63,861 bases of DNA, filler included, from Reticulomyxa filosa (GCA_000512085.1; 22 parts of 22 records of this genome joined end to end with filler, not necessarily neighbours in it), one strand, 5' to 3'; positions 1 to 13,094 are shown, counted from the whole stretch's first letter. Numbers and translations are program-made. Notes: generated by a model from the letters alone, not told the origin.

Positions 1-643
1 ATTCAAATTCTGTGAGTTGTGTAAAATTTTCATCTTATCATTATCATAAATATTGTCAAAATGTCATTTATTTCATCGTTTTTGGAATATCGAGCGTAAT
101 AAGCAAGTATAAATATTCCATGAACATACTCAAGGTGTTTGTGGAATTGAATTTTTATCATTTAATAATGGTCGACATTTGTGTTCTGGATCATATGACT
201 ATACTATTCATTAATGGAATGTTGAAACATCAAAATCATTGCATATTTTCAATGGGCGTAGCTGGTATGTTTCGTGTGTTGATATTTTACAATTGCAAAG
301 CAAGAAGATAATTGTATTGGTGTGATTGGCGGAAATGAATATACAATTTGTTTTGAAACATTTGATAAATCATTTGCATTTGGGATATCGAAACGACAAA
401 ACAATTAAATTTATTCAAAGGACATATAAATAACGTGGGTAGTGTAAAATATGGATCAATTGATAATAAATCCGTGTTTGGGACATTCGAACAAGTAAAC
501 AATTACATTTGATCAAAGGAGGTCAAATGGAAGATGGTGGAATATTTTCTCTTAAATGTTTAACATTTAAATATAAACAAAATGGTGATCGTGTTGGTTT
601 GTGTTATGGCTCAATCAAAGGTCCCATTCGTATTTGGGGATAA
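1..643 (+). pseudogene. WD40-repeat protein, C-terminal part, disrupted
   Basis: Translation across frames gives EHTQGVCGIEFLSFNNGRHLCSGSYDYTIH*WNVETSKSLHIFNG, WDIETTKQLNLFKGHINNVGSVKYGS and LCYGSIKGPIRIWG* (TAA 641-643). It has in-frame stops and frameshifts. Confidence 0.85.
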
Positions 644-959
644 ATAATTTGGAAAATTTTTATAATTATGACAATGAATAATTTTTTAAAAATATGTTTT
701 TTGTTTACTTGTAACAAAAGAATAAAAGAGTTAAAGGCAGAACGTAAAATAAAAATGCAAAAAACATATAAAAAAAAATACAAACCAAAAGCACAACAGT
801 TCAACTTTAACTTATATTGAATATTAAAATAAGATATATGAAAAATGTTTGGACTTTTTTGTGGATATGATTATGCGTTTTTATGTTCAACAATTTTATG
901 TTAATTCAAATTTTCTTTTTTTTAATCCAAAAGTATTGAAAATACACATGTTATACTTA

Positions 960-1530
960 AAGCAACTTTGTTCATGAACCAGAACAAGATATTTACCATC
1001 TAGAGAAAAAATTGCATCCAATATTGCACCAAAATGTCCTTTAATTCTCGCATTGCGTTTTCTTTCAAATTCCATAATTGGAGTTTTTTAACTGAAACCA
1101 ATTTTGATTATTAGCTTTACCAAATGTGGTATAGTTGTCTTATTTGTAGCAACGGTAGCTATCCTTTCTTTAGTGTTTTGCACAAAAACAGTTATGGATC
1201 TCTTTTTTTATACAACTGACCAATTCCAACTTTGCTTGTTCGATTGTCTTTCATTTATTTTATTTTTTAAACATCAAGTAGCAAAAGTTAGTTTTCATAA
1301 AGTGGACGATGGACATATAAACAATTTTCTATTTACTATGCAAATAAAAATTTAAAAACAACTATTTCCTTAGAGAAGATAAAATCAAAAAAGTCAAGTC
1401 ATGTGATAATATCATTGTTTTGGGATTTCAAATGACTGTCAAAGATTGAGCATTTATTTTTACTGGAAGAGACATCCATTTCCACTATGTCACTGATATG
1501 CCTTTCAGTAGTGCAAAAGGAATAAAGTTG
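960..1530 (-). pseudogene. Heavily decayed WD40 remnant
   Basis: Short motifs LLKG/HISDIVEMDVS (about 1470-1512) and KGHFGAILDAIFSLDGKYLV (about 985-1045) survive. There is no continuous ORF. Confidence 0.35.
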
Positions 1531-1567
1531 ACCATTAACAAAAAAAAAAGAAATATTCAGCAGAAAT

Positions 1568-1942
1568 TTACCACTTGTAACGTGGCAACATTGATGACAA
1601 ATACTTGATTGTTTTTAATCTTGGCTTTGCACATCCTGTCTTCCATGCAAAATGGTTAACTTGATTTATCTGATATCTCTCTAAAATACCTTCTGTGTAC
1701 ATTTGATTAAGTACTTTGTCTAGATAATAAATATCAAACGAGAACTTTAATCTTTTCGCAATTCTTTCCCATCGCATTTCAATTTGAGCAGCTGAACAAC
1801 AGTAATTGCCTTGAGAGAAACAGTGCTCAATCACATACATTGTTACTGTATCTTCATCGTAATAGTCTTGTTTGAAATCTTTTTTATTAAATTTTTCTTT
1901 TTTTCTCATTCTTTTAATTTCTTCTATTTCTTCCTTTTCCAT
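1568..1942 (-). CDS. Hypothetical protein (3' part), possibly with a winged-helix-like C-terminus
   Basis: 124-aa ORF with protein-like composition in AT-rich DNA. No recognisable family. Confidence 0.4.
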   Translation of the reverse strand: MEKEEIEEIKRMRKKEKFNKKDFKQDYYDEDTVTMYVIEHCFSQGNYCCSAAQIEMRWERIAKRLKFSFDIYYLDKVLNQMYTEGILERYQINQVNHFAWKTGCAKPRLKTIKYLSSMLPRYKW

Positions 1943-2229
1943 TGTTTTATCTAATTCTGTGTCTATTTATCAAATTCATTGTATTTATTTATTGTGAGAT
2001 AAAACGAGATAAACATAACATTCATCTTCATTTTCACAATAAACTAATGAATCAATCCATCTTTTAGGATTATCNNNNNNNNNNNNNNNNNNNNNNNNNN
2101 NNNNNNNNNNNNNNNNNNTTAATTAATTAANNNNNNNNNNNNNNNNNNNNNNNNNNNNNNNNNNNNNNNNNNNNTTTTTTTTTTTTTTTTTTTATGTATA
2201 CATATGCATATTCATAAACGCAAAGCACA

Positions 2230-2744
2230 AAACCTTTGTCCATCAGCTTGGACTTGTCTTTATTGCAATCTGCTAAAAATGCATATACTTGCTTCAGTAC
2301 TTCTTTGCTTTGATGGATGGTCTCTGCCGCTGCTGACCCTTTGTGTTGAGACCACAGCAGACAAAAATTCAATGGCTGGGAGATCACCACTATGCGTCGG
2401 AGTAACCATTCCAATCTCGTACGTACTTTCGGGTGCAGTTTTTGCATCTCTGATGGCTGTAACAACATCGTCTCTGCCAACCATTTGCTCAGACTCGATA
2501 ATGTGCTGACATTTTATTTTTTTTAAAAAAAAAATAAATTTTATCCATTTGAATGATGCCTTATTCTTGGTGTTGTCTTCTTTTTTTTTTTATTATATGA
2601 TAACACCTCACCACTGAAAAAAAAAACCAAAAAACATATGCACGACCACATCCGTCCTTGTTTCCCTCTGAGCGCTAACCTCAATGTTGAACCAACACCT
2701 CGAGTGGCAGAATACAACTTATAAGCAGTCCCAATCGCGAACAT
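2230..2744 (-). CDS. Hypothetical multi-exon gene fragment
   Basis: A GC-richer exon-like block at about 2230-2505 (…WLLRRIVVISQPLNFCLLWSQH…) lies between AT-rich intron-like sequence. It is truncated at the spacer. Confidence 0.3.
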
Positions 2745-3164
2745 TGCTTCGAAAATTCTCCAAAAATCACTTTGTTAAAAGTTTTTATTTCAAATATTTA
2801 ATCAAAAACTTCAATTGTTTCCTCATTTTTAGGTGTTCACAAAGCTGCTCTGTCTTTACAGCTCAGTTTTGCAAAAACCGTTGTCTTGCAACTCCTTTGA
2901 GCCTCTTAATATGTTGTGTCGTGTTCACCTGTCTAAGAAGCCAGATACTACCTTATGATTATAAAACATCTTTTATTTTTCATATAGAAAGAATATCTGT
3001 GTAACCACCAAGAGGTCATGTAACACAATTTTTGTGACACTCAAAATTTTTTCAAAAAGCAGATGTGTGGCAAGTTTCGAGCACCAAGGCCTTTCTTTGT
3101 TATCAAAGCTTATAATGTACAATAAAAGGAACAACAAAAGTTTTTTTTTTTGTAGATAAGCATC

Positions 3165-4125
3165 ATGTCAACCTTGGAAGATTTCGCCAACGTTCACGCA
3201 GCATTTGAAATATTTTTAGAATATCATAAAGTCCCACCAGAAAATGCAACGCAGCTAGTGAAATGGTGTGCGAAGCAAGGTATTAAAGATATCCACTACG
3301 CCAACGTCAACAAATACCTGCGACTAAGGTTGTGTGATCCATCGATTACAAATATTTGTGTATTTCTTTACGTTTGTCTTCATGTGATAAAGATATTTGG
3401 CAAAACAAACGATTGATTGGACATTGATCAAAACAGACGAGATAAAGAAAAAGAGGAAGAGACGGAGCAACCGTATGCAGAAAATCTATTCGTACATGTG
3501 CGTTTGTGGGGAAGGAAGACATTAAAAAAAAAATAAATAATAAACAACATGAACACATATACATCATAAATAACATATACGTATTGCAAATATGAATGTC
3601 GCGAAGCAAAAAAGTAGTGACCAAATCATATCCGCTAAAAGTCCAAGAAACGAAAGCCAATGAGCTCAAGAAGGAGTCGTCGCAAAGTAAACTAGAGACC
3701 ACAAATGAAAAAGATGAGCCAAAGGTTTCAAGGGTGCAGTCGTTCATTGGCAAATATGACAAAGTCGGCAATGACACTAAACAGCCGTCAAAACCTGTTT
3801 CACGAGACACGTTTTGCTTCTTTTTTCTCCATTTATTTTTTTTTTTATATATATGTATATACCCTCTCTCTGTTCAATCATTCATATTTTGTCATCTTTT
3901 TTTTTACTGTTATTTTTTGCTTTGTGATAACATAATATTTTCAAGAAATGGAACAGGAAAAGCCAAAGAAGAACCAGAACAGCGCCCGCTCGACCAATAC
4001 GTGAAACCTAATGGAATACCGGCCAATAAAAAACCCGAAACTGATTCTAAACACTCTGAGCCTACAAATGCCAATCCTAAAAAGCCTTGGCTTAAAAATA
4101 AACCTTATTGGAATGAAAAAAAAAG
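3165..4125 (+). CDS. Hypothetical multi-exon protein, 3'-truncated (Lys/Glu/Pro-rich)
   Basis: ATG at 3165 (MSTLEDFANVHAAFEIFLEYH…), followed by exon-like blocks at about 3630-3810 and 3945-4125 separated by T-rich introns. Confidence 0.5.
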
Positions 4126-4149
4126 GTTCTTAATTTATTAGCTTTTTTC

Positions 4150-4186
<37 letters not shown>

Positions 4187-4286
4187 NNNNNNNNNNNNNN
4201 NNNNNNNNNNNNNNNNNNNNNNNNNNNNNNTTAATTAATTAANNNNNNNNNNNNNNNNNNNNNNNNNNNNNNNNNNNNNNNNNNNN

Positions 4287-6225
4287 CCACACGGATATTG
4301 CAAACGTCACTAGCTGGGGACCAATTATATGACGAACATTTGTGGAGAGCATTGGATTTGGTAAATCGATTTGGATTAAATCGACTTGCATTGAGTCGAA
4401 TTTAGTTGGACTGCGTTGGATCACGTTATGTTAAGTTGGGTCGGAATGTAATGGATTGGATTGCGTTGGGTTTAGTTGGGTTGGATTAGATTGATATGGA
4501 GTTAGTTGGGTTGCATTGGAGTATATTGGGTATAGTTTGTTTGAGTTAGACTAGATTGTGTTGAGGTGTCATGTGTTGGATTAAGTTGAATTGTGTTAAG
4601 AGTAGTTGGAGTGAATTAGGGTGTATTGTATTGTTTTGAGTTGTGTTCGATTGCATTGCGTTTAGTAGATTTAGTTGAGCTGGAATAGGTTATGACATTG
4701 ATACATTGTAAAAAATTATAATGGAGCTGGAACGTGGTAGTTTAAGTTAATGAGGGCGTGGATTGGACAGTATTGCTATGGACACAAGTGAATAATAAAT
4801 AAAAAAATATTTTTATAATGTGAACAATGATAAAAAAGAGGACATAAGTGAACATTTGAAAAGGGGGAGAAAAGAGCAGTGGAGTACCTTGCTGCAGCGA
4901 TACGTAGATGATCCAACCATTTGAGTCGATATATAGCAGTCTATTTTTTTATTTTTTATTAATCTCAAAGACAAACATCAATTAAACGTAATTTGTGTGT
5001 GTGTGTGTGTTATTTGTACTTTTGTGTATTGTATATATTTGTTGTGTTCAATTATATGTTATATTATAAGTGTAAAGGAATGTGTAAAAAATGAAAGAGA
5101 TGGGAACCAGCATATCAAAATGGAACTCAAAATTTAAGTCTTGTTCTTTGTTATTCTTGATCAGGTTTTTTCCAAATATACGATGATACTACCTATTTGT
5201 GTGTTGTGTGCAAGGTGCCCCTGTTCTTTACTCCCCTACCGCTTATTATGTGATTAGTCCCTGTCCCAAAAAAAAAAAAGGAAAGAAATAACATAATTTG
5301 ATAAAAGTCCACGCAATCTGCCATCCTCCCGGAATATTAACTAAATTACCATTAGTACGGCTCCTGATATCCAAATAAATAAAATAAAATCAATGTCATC
5401 CAACCTCTTCCACTCAATTCAATCTATCTAGGCGCATTTCAGTCCAATCCATCTCAATTCAGTCCATTACATTCTAATCACTTCACCTCTTCTCAATACA
5501 ATTCAATTTAGTTTAATGCATGTCAACTTGATCCAATTTAGTCCAATTCACGCCGGCTATATTCAATATATCACAATACAATTCATTTAAATCTATTTTA
5601 ATTTAATTTAATTCTATTAAATTCAATACAATTCAATTCATTCCAGTTCGATTCAATTTGATTTCATTTGATTCTTCCAGTTCAATTCGATTCGGTTTGA
5701 TATAATAAGGCTTGTTTCAATTTGTTATACCTAATTCAATGGACAACAACAAACTTTTTTGATAAAGGTACAAACAAAAACAAATATGTGTTGTATATGT
5801 ATATGTGCATACATTATTTTTTTTTTCAATATGAAAACAAATATACATACCAATCAAAATTATGTACATGTAAGTGTGTATGTACATGTCGTATAGATTT
5901 GTCCAGTGGATTCCAATAATAATAAAAAAAGAAATGCATTCAAAAAGGATATAAATCGGTACCTGATATCATTACATAGTATCACAGGATCCACAATATT
6001 ATATACATTCGAATACCAATATTAACAGCAAGAAAACCAATTACAAAATCGATTGCGTTTATATTGCCGATTTCTTCGTAAAGCGCATACCATAGCAAAA
6101 AAGACTATGTATTGAAAACGTTGATATTCATCATACCCTCCACACCAACACTCAATCCAATGTATGAATATCAATGACAATTTTGCAATATTGGTATCTG
6201 CGTATTGTGTTCCAGAATAATGCAA
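4287..6225 (-). CDS. Possible multi-exon membrane-protein gene or remnant, with the satellites inside its introns
   Basis: One short exon is bounded by AG/GT (4888-4940, TAIYRLKWLDHLRIAAAR). Other exon-like blocks lie at about 5300-5360 (NIPGGWQIAWTFIK) and 4287-4345 (VRHIIGPQLVTFAISVW). Confidence 0.3.
4351..4705. repeat. Degenerate pentamer satellite, G/T-rich on + (GGATT/GAGTT/GGGTT-like)
   Basis: Clear 5-nt periodicity, e.g. ggattggattgcgttgggtttagttgggttggattagatt. Confidence 0.8.
5385..5700. repeat. Degenerate pentamer satellite, C/A-rich on + (AATTC/AATCC-like), opposite orientation to 4351-4705
   Basis: 5-nt periodicity, e.g. caatacaattcaattcattccagttcgattcaatt. Confidence 0.8.
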
Positions 6226-7869
6226 TCATATTTATTAATTGATCACATATTCTATTCATCAATTAATTTTTCTACTTGTTCTGTTTGTTCATTGCCATTT
6301 TGCATATGCCTGTCCTATTGCTACGTAATTACAGTATTAACACAGCCAGAAAACGACAAGACACACAAGATAGATCAAACAAGACCATTAAGAATAACAT
6401 ACTAGTACCAACTTTCCTTGCGTGTTTTTGTCATTGCAACGTCCTCACCCGAGTCTATTAAAAAAAAATCTTGTTCAAACGCAAACATATCTTTTCACAT
6501 TGATTTTTTGGATTTGGAAAAGGAGTTTGTTTTTTTTTTTTTTTTACTTGCATTGGCCTCAGTTTTCGTTTGAATTTGTGTTTGGCCTGTATCATTCGTT
6601 ACTTTTTTTTTTTAATTGGCGAATGACACTTTCTTTTTTCTAAAAACAACTCTAACACATCTGTGTTGCAATAAGGCCTATAATACCATTCACTCCAATT
6701 ACTTATCACATGTTGCCAATATTGTATCAAAATGTAGTAGTCCCATCTGGGACAAAGTTCAATTCAATACATATGTATTAAATGATACTCAAATAATTGA
6801 CAATATACTGTGTTGCACTTCTATTGGACCTATTTTTCTGTGTTTATAATGTTATCATATAGATTGTACATCACTTACCATTTTGAAAAGACATCTCGAA
6901 CAAGCAAACAGCATCTTCTTTGATGTTGTCAACAATTCCGATCCGGTTCGACGTTTCTACCATTTCATCAAACTGTCGAATTGTGAATTCGTGAATTGCG
7001 TGGCCGAAAGTGTCAACTTGCAACAATCTCAATCTTCATTGTTATAAAAATTTCACATAAATGTGATATTTATAATTTCCACTACGCAGTATATGATTCA
7101 TCGGCAGACTTATACTATTGAATAAGTAACATGTATATAACATGTCCGGGAAAATGTGATGTTTGGAGCGATACAACATATTATGTACTTTCCATTTTTT
7201 TACAAAATATACTGATATTGCGCCAGTGCATGATAGCGGACATCACTAACTTACTACATTACTAAATGACTACATCACATCACATTTGTCCGCACATGTT
7301 ATTTTTTGTTACATATATCAAATGTATATATCTGCGATGAATAATACGCTGCGTTGGAAATGACAAACGCCACATTATGTGCGATTTCCATAGACGAAGT
7401 TTGAGATTGATTACAGGAAACTCTGACGACGCGATTGACTGCCACAAGTTTGAAGTTTTGATGACAATGGTATAGACGTGGCCAGACGAGTTTTGTTCAA
7501 AGTTGACGAACGATATATCAAAGAGATTGCCCTCGCCAAGCATCATGTTCGTCATGGAGGGGTCAAGAGTTCTAGGTNNNNNNNNNNNNNNNNNNNNNNN
7601 NNNNNNNNNNNNNNNNNNNNNTTAATTAATTAANNNNNNNNNNNNNNNNNNNNNNNNNNNNNNNNNNNNNNNNNNNNAATTTAGGATACCCTTTCCCTTT
7701 CTTAAGTCTATTATTGTATTCTTTGAAAAGATTTCAAATTTAAAATATCGCGTATTTTTCAAAACAAAAAAGAAATATATCATAAATTACTACAAAAAAC
7801 AATTGTGTTTGATTCTATACAAAAGATACATATCTTTTCTTTATATTTTATATTTCATATCTTATTTAC

Positions 7870-8619
7870 ATTTAACTCATTTAAGTTGGAAGTTGCACAA
7901 ATCTCTATTAATTTCTCGAGTGTATCAATATAAATTTGATTGTAATTTTTCCATGTCTGTGATATTGTCTCTTTTCCTAGATTGCCAAAATTTTTGAATA
8001 AGCGCATTAAATAATGTTGTTGTTGTAAATTTGTGCTATATTAAAATATATAAACAATGATTTGTTAAAAAATATTGAAATGTTTTTGTTGTAAAAAAGA
8101 GAAAAGAAAATAATTGTTACGTGTTCTTTGTTAGCCAGGTTAAGACATCCTTTGTCTTTTCAGCATCTTGATCAAACCATTCCAATACATCTGAAATGAT
8201 CTCTTCATTCATCTTGGGGAACGTATGTTGAAGTTGTGTAAGCATGATGAAGTTAACTGCAAAAAAAAACCCTTTTTTTATTTGAGCGCTTAAAAATTTA
8301 ATTACGTAATTGGTTGTATATTTTTAGAATACAGATAGTCTTAAGGGAGAAGGAGATAGCCTCTTTCTTTCTTTGATCAAATAAACACCAAAGACAATTA
8401 TAAAAAATTCACTTTAAGCAAAAGAGTATTTGGAAAAAAAATATTTGATCGATCGAATAAAATAGTTAGCAATTGATTGAAGAGGGTTTTAATGATTTTT
8501 AATTTTTGTTTTATCACTTCAGTTATTTTTCCAAGAGAATATTGCTTGCTATTTCTTAAGGCTTTGGACTTTCGAAAAGAGATGTTCTTTCGCTCTGACA
8601 TAAGAACTACATTATGCAC
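7870..8619 (-). CDS. Fragment encoding CUE/UBA-like helical repeats
   Basis: The exon at 8121-8256 (AG…GT bounded) reads MLTQLQHTFPKMNEEIISDVLEWFDQDAEKTKDVLTWL, matching the CUE-type (M)FP…I..VL pattern. The next exon reads QQHYLMRLFKNFGNLGKETISQTWKNY. Confidence 0.5.
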
Positions 8620-9703
8620 AGTATGTTGAAAAGAATTTTTTTAAAAAGTCAAACTTGAATGAACAGAGAACTCTTTGTTGTAAAAAAAATAAAAAAACCA
8701 ATTAAAAAAACATTGAACAAAGAATGACTCTAAATTCAATGATTCACTATTGATTGGAATTGTTTGAAATGAGTTTTCAAAAAAAAAATTAATATTTAAT
8801 TGTACATTCTTGTACATTCAAATTACTCATTTTTTATAATTTTAAGTAAACAAAAAATTCTTGTCGACTCCAAAAAAGTTGTTTGTAAGTTTTTTTTTTA
8901 TTGAGAAACAAAACCTTCTTTATTAGTAAAGAAGCAAAAATACTAAAAAATTAGAAGTTATTCCAGTTTCAACAAATCCTTCATTTTACTCATATTCTCT
9001 TTGTACAGTTTTAGAGATTTGTTAATTGTTTGCAATGACAAAAAGAAGATTTCTTTCCGATAGGAAAAAAAAAGCATTTGTGTGTAAGTACAAATAATGG
9101 ATGTCATTATAAGTTCAATAAATACTTTCTCATTACAAAGTTTATATTTATTAAATAAAACAAATTCATTTCAATTTTTTATTGACCCTTCGTGAGCTTA
9201 AAAAAAAAAATTGAAAAGCATCATTTTCGTCATCTTTATATCATCTCAAGGAAAAAAAAGAAGATACTTTAGCTTAGTAATGAAAGTTTCGTTTAAGTTG
9301 TCTTTTAGGTTTTATTTATTATTGTTTTCTCATTTTGCTTTATGATTGAAACAGTCAAAAGAAGAAGATATCCAAATTATTATCCATCATTGGATTCGGA
9401 CATTAAACATTAGATTAGGATGGATTAAAAATTTTGACAAATTTATTGTCAATTATGTTAGTTCATTTATTCTTTCTTTTTTCAAATGACAATCAAATAT
9501 TCCAATATTATTTAACATAGGTGTCTANNNNNNNNNNNNNNNNNNNNNNNNNNNNNNNNNNNNNNNNNNNNTTAATTAATTAANNNNNNNNNNNNNNNNN
9601 NNNNNNNNNNNNNNNNNNNNNNNNNNNAGCAACACTCACGTTTTTTTATCACGACAATGTCCAAAAATATTGCATTTCACCCCCCTAAAAAAAAAAAAAA
9701 AAA

Positions 9704-10302
9704 TTAAACCTCTTCAGCACCTGCGTCCGAATAAATGCCGTTCATCAATGGCTCTTGATCATCGAAACTGCTTTCTGTCTGCTGACTAAGTTGCGCATTT
9801 CTTGTTAGTTTATTAATGTGCAGTGCTTGTCGACTTAGTTTGTCTTGCTGTTTTGAAATAGACAAATTACAGCATAGAATTGTGTCAACCGCCGCATGAG
9901 ACACTTTGGTCAAAGTGGATATTAAACGCATTCACAGACAAACAACAGACAGGATAAATTGACAAAGTTCATACCAAATCGTAGATCTCATTTCTCAAAT
10001 GGAAACTTTCATCTCTCAGTTCATTCACCAACTCCTAATTATATATACATACACATTTGTATATTATATAGACAATATATTTATGTATACATATTACAAT
10101 GTCCGAATAATTCAAGTTTTATCTTAAAATTAAGGAGGGGTTGCATTGTGATCCCCATATCACCTCTTGCAATAGTGTCATCGCTTTGGGAAAAAAAATT
10201 AGGCTTACATTTTGCATGTTTGTTTATTGTGTAGTTCCATATTTGTCAAGGCTTTAATTGGTTGAGAAATTCAATGTACAACAACCATCGTACTTACAAA
10301 TT

Positions 10303-10334
<32 letters not shown>

Positions 10335-10948
10335 TTTTTCAAATATGCCTTGAGAGTCGCATGGGATTAACTCGTAGCTCAAAATTCTCCAAAATGGTTC
10401 GTTGGGCCAAAGCTTCTGCTTTTCGACGGAGCTCCTTTTCATCCATTTTGTCCGGAGGAATGTACTCTGGGTCACGAGAAGAATCCATTGGAAGCATTCC
10501 CACGTCGTAGCGTAATGTCAGATTTTCTATTATACTTTCTTTATCTAGAAGCAATGATTGAAGTCTGTGTACATGGTCTTGCAAATATTTCACCTTTCAT
10601 TTTCAGTGTGATAAATATATATCATTCCAAAAAGTTGTTAAGATGGAACCAAAGAACGTATACCTTTCTTTAAATAAACGTGTGCGTAAAAAAATAAAAA
10701 TAATTACCTGGTCATGGTAAATGTCATTAGCTCTTTCTGCAAGCTGTAGTTTCCTTTCAAGTGACATTTCTTCCTCATTTTCCACGTTACCATCTGGAGC
10801 GGGATATTCCAAGTTTCCTGGTGTGTTACCATACTTCAATATACAACAAAGACTAGTAAAACTGAGTTGTCAATCTATTTTATCAAAAAACGCGAAACTA
10901 ACCGCTCCTATTTCTTCATCAACATCAAAATATTGATATTCTTCCATC
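9704..10948 (-). CDS. Hypothetical coiled-coil protein, multi-exon
   Basis: Exons include SLERKLQLAERANDIYHDQ, KYLQDHVHRLQSLLLDKESIIENL…ELRRKAEALAQRTILENFELR and a terminal exon ending DAGAEEV*. Confidence 0.55.
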
Positions 10949-12107
10949 TGATTTTGATTATTGCGGGAAAAATTTAATCTATTGTGCGATAATTGTTTAA
11001 AAAATTTCGATTAATTAACTTTAGGGCGCGTCGTCCGTTATGCAAACGAGAAAAAAGTAGTATAACAGAAGTATTGCATTTCAAATGAAAAATGGTACTG
11101 TAAAGAAATAAGCAAACAAAAGGACGAGCCAATATTGCAATACGTGCATTATTTTTTACTACTGATCAAACACTAAAACTGAAAGAGATATATAAGCACT
11201 AACCGCGTGAACATTATCATAACTCAGTTGTTAAAAAAATGAACATGATGAACTCACATACTGTTATATGGAGTAACAGTAAAAGACAATAAAAATATTT
11301 AAAATATTTTTTAAAATTATTTTAAAAACGATCAATGAAAACTTAGTTTCAACAAAAGTTAAAAAAATTATAAAAATTCCTTATAAAGTTGCATACTTTC
11401 ATATTATTTTCGTTTCAATCGTTGATACTTCACCTGAATTTGAATGTAAAAAAATTGAAAATAAAATAAAACATAAATGAAATTATTTTACTTTTTATTG
11501 AAGCAATATATAACTAAAATAATATAATCTAAAATATAGTAAGGCAATGTAAGCATAGATAAAGATTACACGACAAGCTAGAAGAAAGAATATAAAATGA
11601 AATTAACGTCTACATAAATTAGTAATTATTAGTTTTCGTAAATATTATGAAGACAAAAACTAAAACCAATTAAGACCAAAACTTAATGAATATACTAATT
11701 AAATAATATAATATTTATCACATAAATTGTAATTGCTTTTTATTTTTGTTTAATTTTTAATTATGTTTTTGCAATTTCTTAAAATTTATATGAAGTAAAT
11801 TAAAAATTAGTATTTGTTTGTGCAAATAATATGACATAAATTGTAAATAATAAAAGCATATTATTGCAATCTGAAACTCTTATTAAAAAAATTATTCCAC
11901 CGTAATATTATCAAAAATTTTTTGCAGAATTTAATGTTATTTTCAAAGTTTGTGCATTGTAAAGTAATGATAATTTTGACTACTCTTTACATTGTCTCCA
12001 CTCATCATTGATTTTTTACCTTTTTTTGTACAATATCAAACAAATCAAGTTAATTCAAAAGCATTATAACTGAAAATTTTTTGTAGTAAGATTTTTTTTA
12101 GTGAAAA

Positions 12108-13036
12108 TTACCATTTTGTTACATTATCTTTTGCCTTGTATACTGCTTGTATTCGCTCTAGCATTGATTTTATTAAGCTTGTGCATGTTTCTTTGTCAAT
12201 TTTTTCACATTCTAATTCAAATTGTTTACAAAGCTATTCTTTTGACATAAATAGTCCATTTTTGTATATTTTTGTTTTTACTATACAAAACAGATTTTAG
12301 ATTGAGTTCAGATCTGGAGACTTTATATTGAAATCCAATACGTTAATAGCATTTTGCTCAAACCATTTTTTTACTGTAATTGCTGTGTGGCTATATTCTA
12401 AACACCAACAATGCTTTTGAGCATTTCATCACTTAGAATTTCTTTGTATATATCTGAATTGACACATCCATCAATTTTACATATATAATCAGGTTCTAAC
12501 GCTACAAAGCAAGACCACAATACTATACTTCCACAATCAAATTTTGATGTTTTTATAATTGCATTTTCGGTATTGTTGCTCCTGGTATCTTCCAAGCATG
12601 AAGTCTTATATCACTACATCTTAAATTAATTTTTCTTTTATCAGAAAAAAGCACTTTTTCTTATTTTTTTTTGTCAAAAAAGGTTTTTTCTTCAAAGTAA
12701 TAGCATTCAATCTATTTTTTTAAAGCATTCTGGTTATTGTTGCACATGAAATTAAAGTAAAACATTCTTTTCCAGTCATCTTTTTACTTCTTCAGCTGTA
12801 ACACATTTGTCAGTAATCACCCACCGTACAATAAGACGCTGAATTCGTTATGTTACTTTTAACGAAAGTCCTTTTCTTGGTTTCTTCTTAGTAATTTTTT
12901 TAGACCTGAACGTAAGCTTAGATTTACACACACATTCATGACTTACACGAAATTTTCTTGCAACTTTGCGCAAACTCCAGCCTTGCCCCAACATCTCAAT
13001 CGCAAGTCCTTTATTTAAATTCTCAATTCCTTTCAA
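12108..13036 (-). mobile_element. Tc1/mariner (Tc1-like DDE) transposase pseudogene
   Basis: N-terminal HTH (GWSLRKVARKFRVSHECV), KKPFLT, VLFSD, GSIVLWSCF, KIDGCVNSDIYKEIL, HTAITVKKWF, SPDLNSI*N and a terminal LIKSMLERIQAVYKAKDNVTKW*. It has stops and frameshifts and lacks the FQQDN segment. Confidence 0.9.
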
Positions 13037-13094
13037 TATTTTTTAAAAAAATAAAAAACTCAAATTTTGAACTATACCTAGCTAAAAAAAATAA

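Noticed and set aside
100-230. Stop-codon reassignment (TAA/TAG = Gln) to explain in-frame stops
   Set aside because: The stops fall at positions expected to be Gln, Leu and Glu in different genes and co-occur with frameshifts. TAA is the true terminator of TOP3A and the WD40 genes, and conserved exons have no internal stops.
2119-2130. Recurrent TTAATTAATTAA palindrome as a CRISPR repeat, regulatory site or recombination site
   Set aside because: It is always centred in exactly 44+44 Ns. It is a six-frame-stop linker added during concatenation.
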